From contig SMSO01000007.1 of assembly GCA_004764695.1 (NCBI GenBank), positions 2,487,270-2,551,269 of the forward strand: a DNA stretch of 64,000 bases, in the 5' to 3' direction. Position numbers and translations under genes: made by a program. Shown here piece by piece: positions 39,585 through 54,702 of this stretch. The DNA comes from Schizochytrium sp. TIO01. Lineage: Eukaryota; Protista; Bigyra: Labyrinthulomycetes. Under the pieces are notes generated by a model. It did not search any database. It was given only the letters and a program-made list of their open reading frames with translations, and was not told the DNA's origin. Within the stretch, counting starts at the first letter, position 1. The number at the start of each line of letters is the position of its first letter.

Positions 39585-40090
39585 TAGCACGGGTTATTAG
39601 TGACCTTTGTATTCAAGGTATTGGCATTCCCAGCGTCCAATGCGTAGAAAGATTCAAAGGGATGTTTCATAGCTGGTAGAGACTCCCGAGAGCTGAAATT
39701 TCGAACGAATTATCCCAATATCCTATAATTATTTGATAGATATTTGGTCACAGTTTGACCAATTAAACGGATATTGTTGCAGAAAGATGAATTTGGTCAG
39801 CTAGAGTTTGACTATTGTGAAGATGAAGACAAGGGTCTTGATGGAGGCTTTAAGAAAGTTGTTTGTATCAGTCAGCCATCTGATACCCTTGGGAATTGAA
39901 CTCCAAGGCAGACTAACTCATGTAGTAATAAGGAGGTTATAACATTCTTGAACTGTGTTAGACAGAACTGATGGGGTTTAGATCAATGTATCTCTTCAAC
40001 CATTAATACAAATTACGCCATTCTTGATTCTAGTGAATGTGTAGTCACAAGCTTGGTTATTTAGTTCTCAACCGAGCGCAGGTCTGGTTG
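39585..40090 (-). pseudogene. Possible decayed leucine-rich-repeat gene relic
   Basis: Minus-strand fragments LRSVEN*ITKLV, LKRYIDLNPISSV, LTKFIF/FCNNIRLI (frameshifted) and NNPC* resemble LRR N-x-I-x-x-L units and an LRR C-cap. The frame is broken by stops and frameshifts. Confidence 0.22.
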
Positions 40091-40938
40091 TCTAGTTCTA
40101 CACTCTATTGCAAACCCTATATTCATGAGGTCTCTTCAAAGGGATGCCTAGAACTTTAGCGATGTCTTGTTCACTAGTTCCTTCAATTCGAGACCTCATC
40201 AACGATATAGGTTGTTGAAATCTTGACTTCTAGCCCAAGAGTAATTTTTACGAAAACCAATCTTAGCAAAATGCATATATTATATAAATTGCGAAAGAGA
40301 ATTCTTATTCACCCCGTATTACAGATGAGTGCTGGTTTTTAAAGCAAGCGATTTTCACATGATCTAAAGTGTCAAATTTGCATACAAACCCACGCACGAC
40401 ATTTCGCTGTAATATCCAGATGGCTCAAGGAGAAATAGATGGTTTGTTTATAACTTAAACTTAAACCCACTTCTCAGAGTTAGATCGTTCGCAAAGTCAA
40501 GTACTGCTATACTGTGCAGGGTACTGTATGTTAGAGGCAAACTTCAAGCCCCAGGTCAGAGCAATTATTATAGTTTGTATGATATGTATTATCACGATGA
40601 GTGAATAACTAATTTGATTATAATGAGAAATCAGAACTAGAGGCCTAAAGCTAATGAAATGTTTTACTTCCATTTCCTGAGATCAAGTGAAAAAAACAAA
40701 AAGCTTTGTTTCTATTGATAAACTCCAGTTTGTGTACGACAGCTTCTTCAACAAGATGATTTGGAAATACACAAGAAGGAATAGATGAAATATGTTGTTC
40801 ATTTTATGGACAGATAATCTATCCACCTCTAACAGCTAATAGTTACTCATCAGCTTATCAGCGTGGAGGAAATGCACTACAACTTACTTGGGGGGGGGTT
40901 AAGTATGCAATGTTATTGTCTTGTTCTTTCCTGATTTC

Positions 40939-43900
40939 TCAGCCCTCCTTCATTGGGATTGCACGGAAATCATTTGTGCAAAGCCACTTGGCAAAGGAAA
41001 ACTCGTAAAATGGGCCCTTTGGCGGATTATGTCCGTCTGTACCCACAAGGAGGTTCATCGATGTAACACTCCAAAGAGATCCTGGGCGACCTGCTGTACC
41101 TGTATCTTCCCAGACCAATTGAGGTGTGGCATCGGATTTGGTGACCCAAGTCCTTGGTGCGCAGTGCACCGAGTCAAGAGGAGGTGGACTTGATGTTGTC
41201 GTGCAAATATGTCCGAGAGAAACGAAGTCACGTGATGGAGGCACGCCCTCCCATACAAACAGAGGCTTAGATCCTTGAGTTTTGCTCCAAACAAGATGAA
41301 AACGAGACGGGTGTGGAAGTACCTTCGATACAATTGCGCGATGCCGCTTTTTCCCTGAAAGTCCCATGACTCCATTATCTGTAATCTCTAAAACATACCG
41401 ATCCAGTGCTTTGCCTGTGACCTTATCCTTCGTCTTATGAGGGTCGACGTAGCCTCGTGTTGCAAAGTGACCAAGGCAGATCAATTCTTTACTGCGGCCT
41501 AATTTTGAGTACCACGCAAGTTCAGTGTCAGGTCTCCATACAGAAGCTCCCCACACAACAGTCTTGAGGCTGCGTGTTGTCCATAACTTTACAAATGCAG
41601 CATGGCGCGCCACAGCAAAATTGATGTCCCGCAACACACTGACCTCAATTGGTCCTTCCTTTTCGGTGCGGAACTTGTCATCAACTTCACTAAGTTCTGC
41701 GATTTGCTTACGGGGAATAACAATACGCTGGAAGATATCGTCCGCATGAGTATCCTGAGAGGCACCTGCGGCTTCACCTAGTAAACCAAACGGATCTTCG
41801 GCGTTTGACTCTCCGCCATTGGCACCACCAGTACCGTTATTATTCTGCATAATTGCCTTTGCTTGAGCTGCCACAGAATCAGCATCAGCAGAATCACCTC
41901 CGACCAGAGGATCAGCATCACCAAGTTCAGGGTCCATAAGAGCCTCCTTGAATTCTACAAAGTTCACATAACCATTCGATCCGGGGCCCATTTCTCTGAC
42001 AAAATCTTGGACCTGGGCTGCTGTGAGGTGCAGCCCTAGCCATGAGAGTGCAGAATACATTTCTGTGCACCCAATCTGCCCATTGCCATCGGAATCAAAA
42101 GCCCGGAAGGCATCTAGAAGAAACAAGTTACGACTCAACAAGAGTTCGCGAATACGGGCGATCGTTGCACGATATTGAAGCAAGTGGTATTGATCAGGTG
42201 TAGTGAAAAGCTTCGCCACAGGTGTGTATGCCACTTGCATTTGCTTGCGTCGACGGCACCCACGAACTTCATTGAACCATTTCTCACGCTCTTTACAGGT
42301 ATTATCTTGGATCGCCTGTAATAATGCGCTGAGCTCGCGATCCTGATACCACATCTCAGAGTTGATAAAACGCAAGCACTGAGCCGCAGTTAAGGTCTGG
42401 TACCGGCGACTAGCTTTAAACATGGCTGACTCGTCAATAGACACCAAAGATTCTACACCAGTACTCTCCCGAGCACTTCCACGCAGCAACCGTAGGGCCA
42501 CAGCAGCATTAGAATGCTCTACAAAACTCTTGTGTACTGAGCCCTTAACTGAGATTGTAGTTTTGGCATGCATAATCCTTCGCAAGGTTTCCGCCTCTGC
42601 CAAAGAAAGGACAACAAAGAAGCGGCCAGATTCCACTTGCTCTGCAGTACGACTACGAACAAGGTCCTTAATATCCTGGAAAGTGATCCTTCTCTCCATC
42701 TCGTCTTGCCCCAGTAGTGCGGGGTCTTGTTTGCCCTTGGCATTACGACGTTTCACCACAACATCAACAATGTCGTGTAACTCTCGCGTACTTTGTAATT
42801 CGACACCCATGGTGAGAAGTACCTCACGCAATTGTTGAGGAGTGATAAAACCTTTCCCACCATCAAAGAGTTTAAAGGTATTCAACAAAGTTTCCTCTTG
42901 TTCTCGCGTCAACGCGCGAGTACGCGACTGAACTTGACCACTACCTACACCCGGACCGGTGAGGTTCAAGATACTAGCTACACTATTTGATGGCGCAGAG
43001 GTCGCTTCTAGTTGTTGATCATCGGCAGCTTGAGAAGATTCGTCTACACCAAGGCGCAGCAAAGTAGTGTCTGGGATCCAGTCCAAGACAATGATAACAT
43101 TCTTCAATCGACGGTGTGTACTTAGAGACCACTGTTTCTTGTAGTAGTTACTTGACACATACAAGTAATCCGGGTACTTGATCGGCGTTGCTTTGAATCT
43201 CGAAGAGGCATAGACTGCAAAGTCAGAAGCAGGAAAGAAGCCTTGCAACTCTGGAGCAGGTTGCAACGCAAGAGTACCAAGATCCCACGGCTTAAGGTAC
43301 TCATCTTTACTATAGCGTTTCTTTTGGAAGACCTCAGGTTCTTGTTCCTTCTCCTGCTCCTGCTCCTGTTCCTGCTCTTGTTCCTGCTCTTGCTCCTGCT
43401 CTTGCTCCTGCTCCTGGACCTGTTCACGATCAAACGCAGCGTCCTGACCTTGCAATACTTCTTCTTCTTCTTGGGCCTCTTGTTGAATTTCAGCTTCGAC
43501 CTCTTCTGCTGTCTTGTGCCACTTTTCAGGCTTAGACGGGGTACGAGCATCAATGTGTGATACCACCCGTTGAATTTCAGAAACCTGCGCCACATCGTTT
43601 GGTCCTGTTAAAAAGTGTTCATGGGTCTGGATCAAACCAGCAATCTTGTCCGCAAGGGGTCTCGGCTTTGGTACAACATTTGCTACACTATAGTCGACAC
43701 GCTCGCGGAAAACTTCAACAGACTCAGATAGTGCAAGACGCTCATGTCCGTCTGGTGTGAACCGTGTTTTGACATGTCTTGAATAGCGCCCTCCCATAAG
43801 TTCGAAACGCGTTTGTCCATCTGCAAAGTCCTGAATAAGTGTCTTGAATGCTTGTTTTCGCCAAACATTTCGAACATTCTGTTCACACAATAGGTTGAAC

Positions 43901-46900
43901 TGTAAACGCTCCGAGTGCATAGAATTGACGACCAGCCACGCACATACCGCGCGCAACAGGCGTGGTTCGCGCTGTGTTGTATTCGCCTTGGTATTTTGGA
44001 TTGCAGCCCTAACTGCATCCAGCTCCGGTGAAGTACCCACCGAGGCCTTTTTAGCTGCTTTAAAAAGCTCCGACTCCATAAGATGTAAGACTTCAGGGAT
44101 CACATAGAGGTGAATCGTTTGACCCTTTCCAATGCCACGCATCCGGAATGCGCCTTGGGCATAGTCACGAAAAGTCATGTCCTTACCTAAAGTCAGAACA
44201 GCCTTTGCACCCAGGCTCTGCTTGATATCCATGCCAGTGGTGTGGATCTGATCATAAAATGAGAAGCGTTTGTGTTTAGGAAGACCACACTGCTCAAGTT
44301 CCATCACACGCCACCCATGACGTAATAGGATCATCTTCCGATCCGATTCATCAAGAAAGACGACACCTTCGTGATCTCGAAGACCGACACGAAGTAGATA
44401 TGCGGCGACCTCCAAGTTTGACATTCCTGTGATCAATGCACCGGTATCCAGTAACGCATGATAAGTCGGATCAGCTGTGGCTACTTGGTCAAGCACACCA
44501 AGCACAGTCCAGCGCAAGTGCAATATTTCAAACGTCACAACGTCGGGGGAGGTCAAAAAGTGCATCATTTTACCATCGGATCCGGCCTCGTAGTGACAGC
44601 GACCGAGTTCTACAGGCAGAAGATCTGAAGGAGTTCCAGAGAAACCAAAACGTTGATCATACAACAGCTCACCTCCCAACGCCTGCCCACAAGCTGATAG
44701 TTTCAGACCTTGATGACGGCAGGTTTGTGGGAAAACATATTCGTTCAGGTAATGCTCCACGACATGAGGGAGGCGCCAAAGAAGTCGGTATAGAACGCGA
44801 ACCTGTTCCAAGTCCTTCATATCAATCAATTGAAGGGGCCAGATATCCTGGAAAATCTCCTCATCACTTCGTGTGCCTCCCAGATAGGCGGCACGGCGAA
44901 CTACATCGTTCAGGCGGGCGCGTTGTGCTTCGTTCTCAGCATTTGCCTTTGCCAGTTCATCATCGTGATCAATCCATCCGCCCATAAGAAGGTCCATTCC
45001 ATCTTCATCATCGTCATCAGGATCATTTTTGCTTTCGAGCTGATCCTTGGTTAGCTCTCCACGAACATGACCTCCGGCAAGACGTACCCAGCGAGTGAAT
45101 TGCTTACAGGCCTCGCGTTTACGATATGGGCCAGTTTCAGTTTCCACGCGAGCACGTAAGCCCTCCAAGACACTCTGAAAATCTGTAAATCGAAGACCCT
45201 CGTAACGATAAGCAAGAATTGCAAGACCAATCACAACGTCTGGGTGCGCAAATTCAGATGCCCGGCTAGGCACATCCTTACCAACAAAAGGTACAGCCAA
45301 GAGGCGTCGAGACTCTGGCATATTCGGATCGAGGGCGAGGGCTCGCTTCAGATCTCTGGGGTTTAGTAAACCAAAGTGAACACGGTTGATCTTGCTTAAA
45401 GCATGTGGAAGGAAGGAGCGAATCCAATCATGACCAAGGTTCACCATCTTCATTTGATCATCGGTCAAACTACGATTAATTTTGTCCGTCACACTCTGTT
45501 GAGAACCAACTGAACCCTTGAGAAGATATTGAAGCAATTCGTCATTGCTCACACCAACAATCTTGTGTTCTGAAAGCCAAATGAGCATCCACTGTGCAAT
45601 CAAGGGTTTGATGGCTTGATTGTAATACTGCTTAGAGACCAGGATAAGGTGAGGGGTGCGTTGGAAATGCTTCTGTTTGCAACCCAAGTCAATTGCCTCA
45701 CGCAACTTGTTCAGAATAACTCGTGCTTCTCGACTATTCTCGAAACGCACAGTCATGCGACGTTCAGTCGCGAAGAGGATAGCATCGATCAGGTGGAATG
45801 GAACACGCCAACGCAAACCTGTGATTGTGCCTGCAGGAGTTCGCGTGAAATCCAAAGGTTCTTTTGGACCCATGGGCCAGTTCAATTCACTCTTCAGAGG
45901 ATGCAAAATCAAATCAACCTCATCCAAAATAAGCGAACCATTGCGGAAGAGAGATAGAATGCGTACACAAATTTGCGCCTGTTCAATCAATTTGTGAAGC
46001 ATAGTGTGGTTCATCTCTTCCTGACGGTCCACTCGCAAAGTGTTGTAGATTCTCCGGCCGAGAACACCAAAGAAGGAAAGCTCACTTGTGTCTTTATTGT
46101 CTGCAATCGCAGCCTTGAGCGTGAGAATCGCATTCACAGTCTCAACAAACTTCAACGTAAAAGACTTAATTGCAGTTGGCGTAGAAATCACCACGCCCCG
46201 TGCCGCCTTGGCCTTGAGAAGTTTTTGGTACAATGTCTTGGAAGGAGGTTTAAAGCGATCATAGGTGAATGTATACACTTGTTTTTGAATGACAGCCGAA
46301 AAACAAGAACGCATAACTGAGCAAGAGAATTGGAAGAGTGCTCTGGGTACCACTTGCATAACAAGGGGCGAAATGCTCTCACTTCCAAGCAGTAGGGCCA
46401 GAATCGGGGCCACCACAGTGGTCTTACCTGCACCCATGAGCATTTGGTTACACCGCGAGTCACCCGAGCGAATCGCAACCTTGAATTGCTCAACAAGGTC
46501 GACTTGAGACTTGCGGAGCAAAAGGTCTTGCATAAACTCGAAGACCAGCAAACGTGGGTCATACCGAAGGTGCATTGACTTCCCTCCACTCTTCTCTAGG
46601 CGTTCTTCCATCGTTATGTACTGGCGTTTACATGACAAGTGCTCTGCCAACTCAGAGGCCGTGAGCTGAACCTCGAGTTTTAAGTTCTCAATGTTCTCGA
46701 TCTCTGCAGCATCGAAGGCAGAGCTTGATGCACTAGTTTCGCGGAGCTGTCCAAGGATACGTAAGATAGATGATGCACTTGAAATGCAACGTGCAAGCTG
46801 TCCAGCACGATTGGTGGCGAGCATAACTGCCGCGAGCAAATCTTCAAGTTGTCGGAGCTCGGAGTCCGAAAGAAAAGGGTTCAGACGCTTCACCTCGGCA

Positions 46901-49900
46901 AAACCATCGGAAGCAAGCATCATGCCAATCAACAAGGAGAGCCACAAAGTTGCCTCCTGGCCATGCTCACGTGCGAACAAGGCCCCAATTTTACGACGGT
47001 GCACAAGCTCGACTTCCTCAGAGGCACGGGGCGGAGGCGGATCTGGGTTAATCTGATTTGCCAGTCGCAAAGCAGCCTCGATACCTCGCGATGTAAACTC
47101 ATTGTCGCGACGTAATTGGTTATGCAAGGCATTCAAAATCTCATGGACAGTCACTTCGGCGGTTTGCAAAGCAGCTGTACTCTGTGCGCATCGATCAATG
47201 TCGGATGGGGTGAGACCCTTAATTTGAACTGTCTGTGCTTTGCTTTCTGACTCACCATAAAATCGCACGTCTTCACGAAGACGCTCTAGCATATTTTGAG
47301 CAACATGTGCGCGGGCGTTCGGATGATTGCCCACTGAGAAAGGTAGCCCATCCTCTGTCAAATTATCCATGGCATGAGCTCCAGTTAATGATTGGGCTAC
47401 TGATTCAACATACTCTGGCATGAGGGAAAGCACTGGGGAGGTGGCAAAGGCACGCAATTCGTCTTCACCCAGAGAAACGCTGTCCACAGATACTGGCCGA
47501 AGCTCCCTTTGTTCACATGCGTGATCACGAACACGCGGGGCTACAAGCATGCGGTCAGCGTGTGGACCGGTGCCAAGCAACTCGTTTGGTGCAACATGCA
47601 TTGTGACGATTGATACATCGTATAAGGGACGCGGAATTCCACCAGGGATACTGAGACGATCCCTTTGACGGGAAACAATATCTCTGAACTCTGTCAAGAT
47701 CCGCTGAAGTACATTCTGACCACGGAAAATGGTAGAAAGCTTAAATTTCCGTGCATCCTCAAACTTTGGTACCATGCGCGTGAGAAAACGATTCTCAGCG
47801 AGGATACGAAGGATTGAGTTTAATACATCCCGGCCTTGTGTGTCCCGAGCAGGCATAAGACGAAGTAGAAGAGCTCCCCAATTGTGCGTAAGGTCACCAG
47901 GCAAGATCTTCAAAGGTGCTGACTCAGTCATGAGCTCATACAAAAACAAAAATCCTAGGCTATCACTACCACCGTGAAGGCGCATTCGCCCGGGACGAGT
48001 CCATTTGGCCATGCGTTTCACAATACCAACCCCACTGAGTTCTTCGTCTTTCGGGCGTGTGTAAGAAAGAGCTGCCATCTTTTTTATTGCTGAATCAGAG
48101 GCTTCTATACTTGACAGATCTGATACTGCGTCAAAGTTGTACATGGCAGGAGCTTCTGGGGTCAGGACCTGAACCGTAAACGTTTGAGATGGGTCATTCT
48201 GACATTGCGCCTCAAGTTTGTGAAGATAATTTATGCGGTTTACCAAGACATGCGTTGGATCTTGGCGAAAGGCCAGACGACGAGCTGAAGCTGCCTTACC
48301 GTCTCCCTCATCGTCTTCCTCTGCTTCAGACTCCTCTTCAGCAGTCTGCTCACCTTCACCATCACTATCTGCCCCAGCAGTATCGCCCGCGCCTGTTGCT
48401 TGCTTTTTGGGAGGTTTAGGCACATTTAAACCAGTGGCATGCGCAGTCGCTGCAGATGCAGAAACTATATCATCAGGGTTTTCGCCTTCATCGTCGTCAT
48501 CAGCACCGGAGGAATGCAGTTCCAGGAGTAGCATTTCCTCCTCACGTGTTAATCTGCAAGAGCCGCTCACATGTGGAAGACGATTAAGATATGCTACTAG
48601 CTCGTCTGAGATTTTCCATGGAATGAGTTGAGCCATTTCTGTACCAGCGGTAACCAAGATCAGCTTGAGGCGACAGGCAATAGCGTCAGTTCTAGTATCA
48701 CCCTTTTGCACTCGCACGATTTGTTTCACGAGTTGAGTCTCTTCTGGTGTCAAAAGTGTATCTGCAACACAGAAATCGGTGAGACGGAATGCAAGATCAA
48801 ACTCTCCAGAAATAAGATGGAGGAGCATGAGATAGAGAGCAGAAGCTAATGTCCGGGTAAACAGAAAGGAACGTGAAGAGTGTACTGGATAGAGGTAATG
48901 CATAGACGTGCGCGACCTTGGATCTTGCAAAGCACGTACCCAGGATACATCACTACGATCAAGGACTAACTCGATACCGTGAAAACCTCCTGGGCCTTTG
49001 TGAACTTTGCGTGTTGGTTTCGCTGCAGCTGGGAGTAGCAAGTGCAAGGTACGGTCACCTGAACGTTGTAAAACAACGCCGTGTGGAATACCTCGCAGTA
49101 AATCTTGTGCCATTTTACTCTTCCGCACAGCATTACTAATATATAAACCAGCATGGTCATTACAGAAGAGACGTACTTCAGTTTTCCCATTAACTACTTG
49201 CTCTTCCGTTGTAAAGGTAAGACCAAGACGTGGAAGCTCAACAACATCAACGCGCTTAGAGATTGATTCCCCATCTGCGCTTGCCCTTGACCAAGCCAAG
49301 ATATGAGTTAAGTTGTCAAGCCGTAAGAGAACTTCGCATAGATTCTTCAGTGGTCCGCTTTCGGATGTGCTGATTTGCAACAGATCAACTAGCACCATAG
49401 GCTGGCCATTGGGGTCCTCTCGGTCCTCGATACCAATACCCATAGGAGACTCAATCTCGGGGTCTGTTTCACCGTCATCAACCCCATCATCAATATCATC
49501 CTTTTCTTCCTCTTGGATGGCTGTCTCTAAATCTACTTCTTCACTCGATTTGTCATTTTCTGACACTACCGATTTCCCCTTAGGACGATTTTTCTGACTG
49601 AGAATCTCCCCACCATCAGCATCAAGTAGCAGGGGGACTCGGACAACAACAGCTCGCATAGGGGGCGATTCGAAACCAGCGCTACTGTCCATTTGGGAGG
49701 CATCTTGCCCTCGAAATTTGCGAGCAATATAATCATATCCACTTCGAGCAGTCGATTTGACTGAGGTAGTGAGGCTGCCCTTGGATTCAATAACACGCAA
49801 AAGAACACGAATCTGGGAACGATCTTTCGCACTACCTCCACTTGTTCGCGTTACACGCTGATAACCAATGAGCAGGTTCTCGCTTGGTTTGTGCCAAAAC

Positions 49901-52900
49901 ATATATTCTTCGATGAGAGCTTGCGGCAAAAGTCCATAGAGATGGCGATCTGGAACATAGATTTGATGGCCCATGCTTGAGGTTAGGTTACGCATAATCA
50001 CCAGCGAAGCCATTGGCAAATTTGGCCTCATAAGGAAGGGCAGTGCACCCATAATACCGTCTCCTGATTTGTGGAGCTGTTGGAAGCAGCGCGATGTATC
50101 TGAGGAGTAAATTAGAGAAGTATAGTAGTGTCTACCATGTTCCACAACGTCGTAGATGTGCAACAAACGAGGATGGACGTGCCGAAATACCACAATCTCC
50201 TTCAAAAAGACCAAACCTGATGCTTCTCTTACCACAGCACACAAACGCACGCGCTCACCCTCTGCAATCACCCCATCGTCGCCATCATCATCAAGATACA
50301 AGTCAAGAGAAGTGTTACCTCCTGCTGCACTTGTGTTTGCAACTTGCATGAGTGGTGTGAGGACATCAATCACCCAGCGTTCGTACGAGTGTAGCTGAGC
50401 TGGATAAACGCGCGCAAAAGGAGACCGAGGTGTCCGGTTATCGGGCAACCACAGTTGCAAATCATGCCTACGGCCCACCAGACGAATCCACGATCGATTC
50501 GTCGTGTTTTTCACCTCAGCGCTATGTAATCCACGATCGGCCATTGCCTCTCCAAAAACGCTTACAAAGTCAGCAAATTCGCACATTTCCTCGTCCACAG
50601 GTTCCACACGATGCTTTTTCAATGTGAACTCGCCAAGTTGGACATTGATTTCCGTATCTACACGTTGTGAAGAAGAAACGCGCAAATATTGCTCGAAACT
50701 CTGTTCAGCAGCCTTGTCAGCAGCTCCATCCTCTTTGCTACCGGAAGACTCAGCAAGAAGCTCGGTATCTGGCGTAAATCGGCCAAGGCAATTTTTTGTT
50801 GTCAACGATTTCCAATTACGAAGTACCATTGATGAACCATGCTCTCCCTCGCCCCTATTTTTCTTCTTCTTCTTCCGAATACCAGATGCGACGGAGTCGT
50901 GTTCATTGATGAGCACAGAGACGGTGTATTCCATAATTTCATTCGTTGCACCTTGGTTCTCAAGAAGCCAGTTTAAGAGTCCTACACGATGACGCTGGAA
51001 GACGTTCATTAACTCTAGCTCATCGAGCCCAAGACGCGGTGCTGCACGACTCACCGCGGAACGCTTCACTTCTTCTGCTTCGTCTACAAGGCCGCCAGAA
51101 ACAAGGTCACCGTATTTGATAATACGTGGTTCTGCTGCAATACGATATGAGGCCGTCAAGAATACCTGAGAACATAGCAATGTCTTTGCTGCTAATCCCT
51201 CGATCGATTTGATGTGAGCGACATCACCTCGCGTGGCGCGATCCTCGCCCTTTGATTCTTCTTCGTGGTTGATACTTGCTGCCTTGCCATCTACTGTCTT
51301 CACCTCACCCCCTGTCGGAGGATCAGTACTGGGTGGTGAATCGGGGTTTGGCGAAGACATGAAGTCAAAGCCAGAGGAGTCATTGAAGTGTTTAAGCACA
51401 GACTTGGTTTCCTGCACACTGAGAGAATCACTGTTTTCTCCATTCCAGTTCGTTTCTTTGAAGAGATACGCCATGTGAGCATGCAAAGTGCACATCAACC
51501 GAATATCTCCTTCATTCGTGGATCGGCGGAGCCATGAGGCAAGCATAGGCAGGATTCGGCCAAGCAAAAGAAGGCGCCACCGGGTGATTACTTGTGCAAG
51601 CTGGTCTGCCAGCTCTTTGGGAACTTCAATTCCTCGAATAAACGAGCCTGCAAGTGCCTCGGTGATTGCTAGCCCGCCATCATCTCCATGCCAATGAGAA
51701 AATTGCACCAGACATTGGATGTAAGCATATACGCGAATAGCAAGGCGTACTACAAAGAGGGCTGCAGGGGATGAAGTTGGTGAGTAGCGCCCAGTGTCTA
51801 CCTCGAGGACATTGCTGATCATGGATTCAATGGGTCCTACTACGCCCTCATGTGCATAGCGAAGCTCATTGAAGAGCAAGCCCAAAGGTGTAGCCTGAAC
51901 CTTTTGCTTCTCTTCGCAAGGAACTTTTGTCATTCGAGCACTCTCATCCTCGCCTGGAGGCTGCCATTCGCCTGGCTCGAAAATTGCACATTCCATCATT
52001 TCCATCAGCTCTTCACTTGCGAGTGCCAAAGTATGTTCTTGATGACTAAAGAATTGGAGAAGGAGAGGGACGCGAAGGTATGGAACGGTCAGGTATTGAA
52101 TCAAAAGCTCCGCGTTGCTCGCCGTCATGCGACCTCCAAAGTCAGGCAAATCACGGACATGCAGAACATCATCTTCGTTCTCGACAGGAACACCAGCAAG
52201 AAATGAAGGGTTGGCCATTGACGGTGGTGCACGAGGCTCTTGCTTGAAGAATATCGTTTTGATTCGCCTGTAGATTGACCTATACCACGGGGTGCCAGCA
52301 TCATCGTTTTCAGGCCATTCACACTTGAGTTGTGTACCGCCAAAAGCTGTCACATTGAACTTAGCTGAAGGTGGGCGTTGAAGGATAAGACGTTCAATCA
52401 AAGGTTCATCAGTACCTTGCTTTTCCACAGGAACCAGGGTTTGATCTGATGTACCCGCGACATCATCCAGACCTTCGAGATCCTTATGCAACTTGTTATC
52501 TTCACTATCTGCAGCTGCTGCACCGCTTTGACCCTTCGGCTTTGCTGTTGCTGTCTGTTTTTTCGCTTTTGGGGGTTTGGTGTAGAGGGCATTCCAATGA
52601 AGCTTGGCATCGCAAGGCATCCAAGCTTTAATCGGGGGCAACGAGTCACTTGTTGGCGCCATCATAATCTTGAGAATATAAACAATGTCCCTAAAGTACC
52701 CTAATTCAGGATAGTCAGTGAGAATTTCACGTCGCTCGCCAGTCAAATATTGGGCGGCCAAAAGCTGACTTTCATGATTTTCCTTGCTCTTTGCATCAGT
52801 TGTTCCGGGGCCACCAGTGAGACCGTACTGAAGTCCTGGTCGTGGGTAGCCAATTTGAAGGCATAATTGATCGATAAAAAGCTCTTCAGCAGGACCGCAT

Positions 52901-54203
52901 AGCATAGACCTCTCCCAGGAGAAGAGGATGTGTTCACGATCAAGTTGTGCCATTTGCTCGATAAAGTAATCGAGAACCTGAGTGCGTACCAGCGTGAGTG
53001 CAGGATCAGGGAGCAGAAACATGGCAGATTCAGCAGCGAATTGACGCATTTCGACACCAAAAGGTTTTACCGGTCCATCAGCTGTTCCACTGTAGTGTTG
53101 AGCAAGAGCAGAAGGGATGTCAGAGGCCTCCTTACGCATTACTGCGTCGGCAATTGTTGCAACACACGCCATGGTAAGAATCCTGGCTGCATCGAACGAC
53201 CTGGTGACATGAAGTGACAACGAGGCAGTGGCAAAGTGCTCAGAGATTGAGCACAAGAGACGCAAGAGATCTGTTTGTGTCTCATACCGCATCTCACGAT
53301 TTTTAGCTGCCCAAAAACACTGTTCATCGCGTCGGGGGTGAGAGAGAGGCAATGGAAGGGGTATAACGCGAGTGAAGAGATGTTGGATCAGCGCTACTCT
53401 AATGCAGTATGAATTTTTCACAAGGTCGCTCTGGTACGCCAACAGAGTGCAAAGATTACAACAGTGACGAAGTGCATTTGCCACTTCGTTGAAAGTAGCC
53501 ACGCGATCTGAAACCAATGTAAGTTGCACAGGGCGGTAAATAGGAGCCTTGGCTGACGATCCTGCTAAAGTTTCTACGTCACGTTGCTGTGCAAACCTTC
53601 CAAAATATACAAACTCAGCAGAGGCATCTTTAATAGCACTTGAAGCAAGTTCAAGCTCTGGTGGAAGCTGCGCGGGTCGAGGTTGAAGCTTGTCGGCCAT
53701 GGTAGCAACCTGGTTGATTGTGCGCTTCATCTCAAACAGTTGTGAGACGCTAACACCACCTTTGCGCACACCCAGGCGTGCTTGTTTGGCAGCAGCATGA
53801 GCAAGTTGCTTACAAGATGTATCCACCATCTGCCTGCCAAGTATGCCTAACGAGAAACGGGCAGTCACAGATAGGTCTGCCTGAATCATCTTTGTCAAAG
53901 TCCAACGCAAAAGCAAACCCATATTCTTTGCTTCTTGGGATGACATACCGAGAAGGCGAAGTCCGCAATGCATTGCTTCCATCAGACACCGCATTTGTGA
54001 AACATCGCCACCACGAGGTACCGTGCGGAACACGACTTCCTTGCTTACTTGGCACGATTGCATAGAAAGAGACATGGTATCCCCTTGTCCACCAGTGTCA
54101 CCTTGAGGGCCCGCAAGCTGAGGACCTTCGTCACCATCTGGACCTTCGTCGCCGCGTGGGCCGTTAGAGCCAGGAGGAGGTCTCAGCGTATTATTCGAAT
54201 AAT

Positions 54204-54244
<41 letters not shown>

Positions 54245-54668
54245 TGTTGCTGTTGCTGTGCATTCGTTTGATACGAAGCGCCATTCAGAGACAACATTGG
54301 TTGCATAGGCGCCATTGGTCCTTGAGTTGGTTGAGGCATTCCAGGTCCACTAAGAGAAAAGAAGTTCTGTTGCTGGTGTTGTTGGTTTTGATATTGCGAG
54401 TGCATGCTTTGGGGCTGGTACACTTGCTGCTGGTTGTACTGCCCTGGTTGAGCCCCTTGATAGAATTGTTGCGGCTGTTGCTGCGTTTGTTGCATCGACG
54501 AACCTGAATAGCCTGGATATGATCCAGACACTGGTTGCGAACTTTGCATTGGCGAAGAGTTTGCAGTCATCGCTGACGAAGATAAGGATGACGGAGTAGG
54601 TTGCGCCGATGTGCTGGAAGGGCCTAACATTGACCAAGGATCATCGTCCTCTTTGACTGATGTCTTGG

Positions 54669-54702
<34 letters not shown>

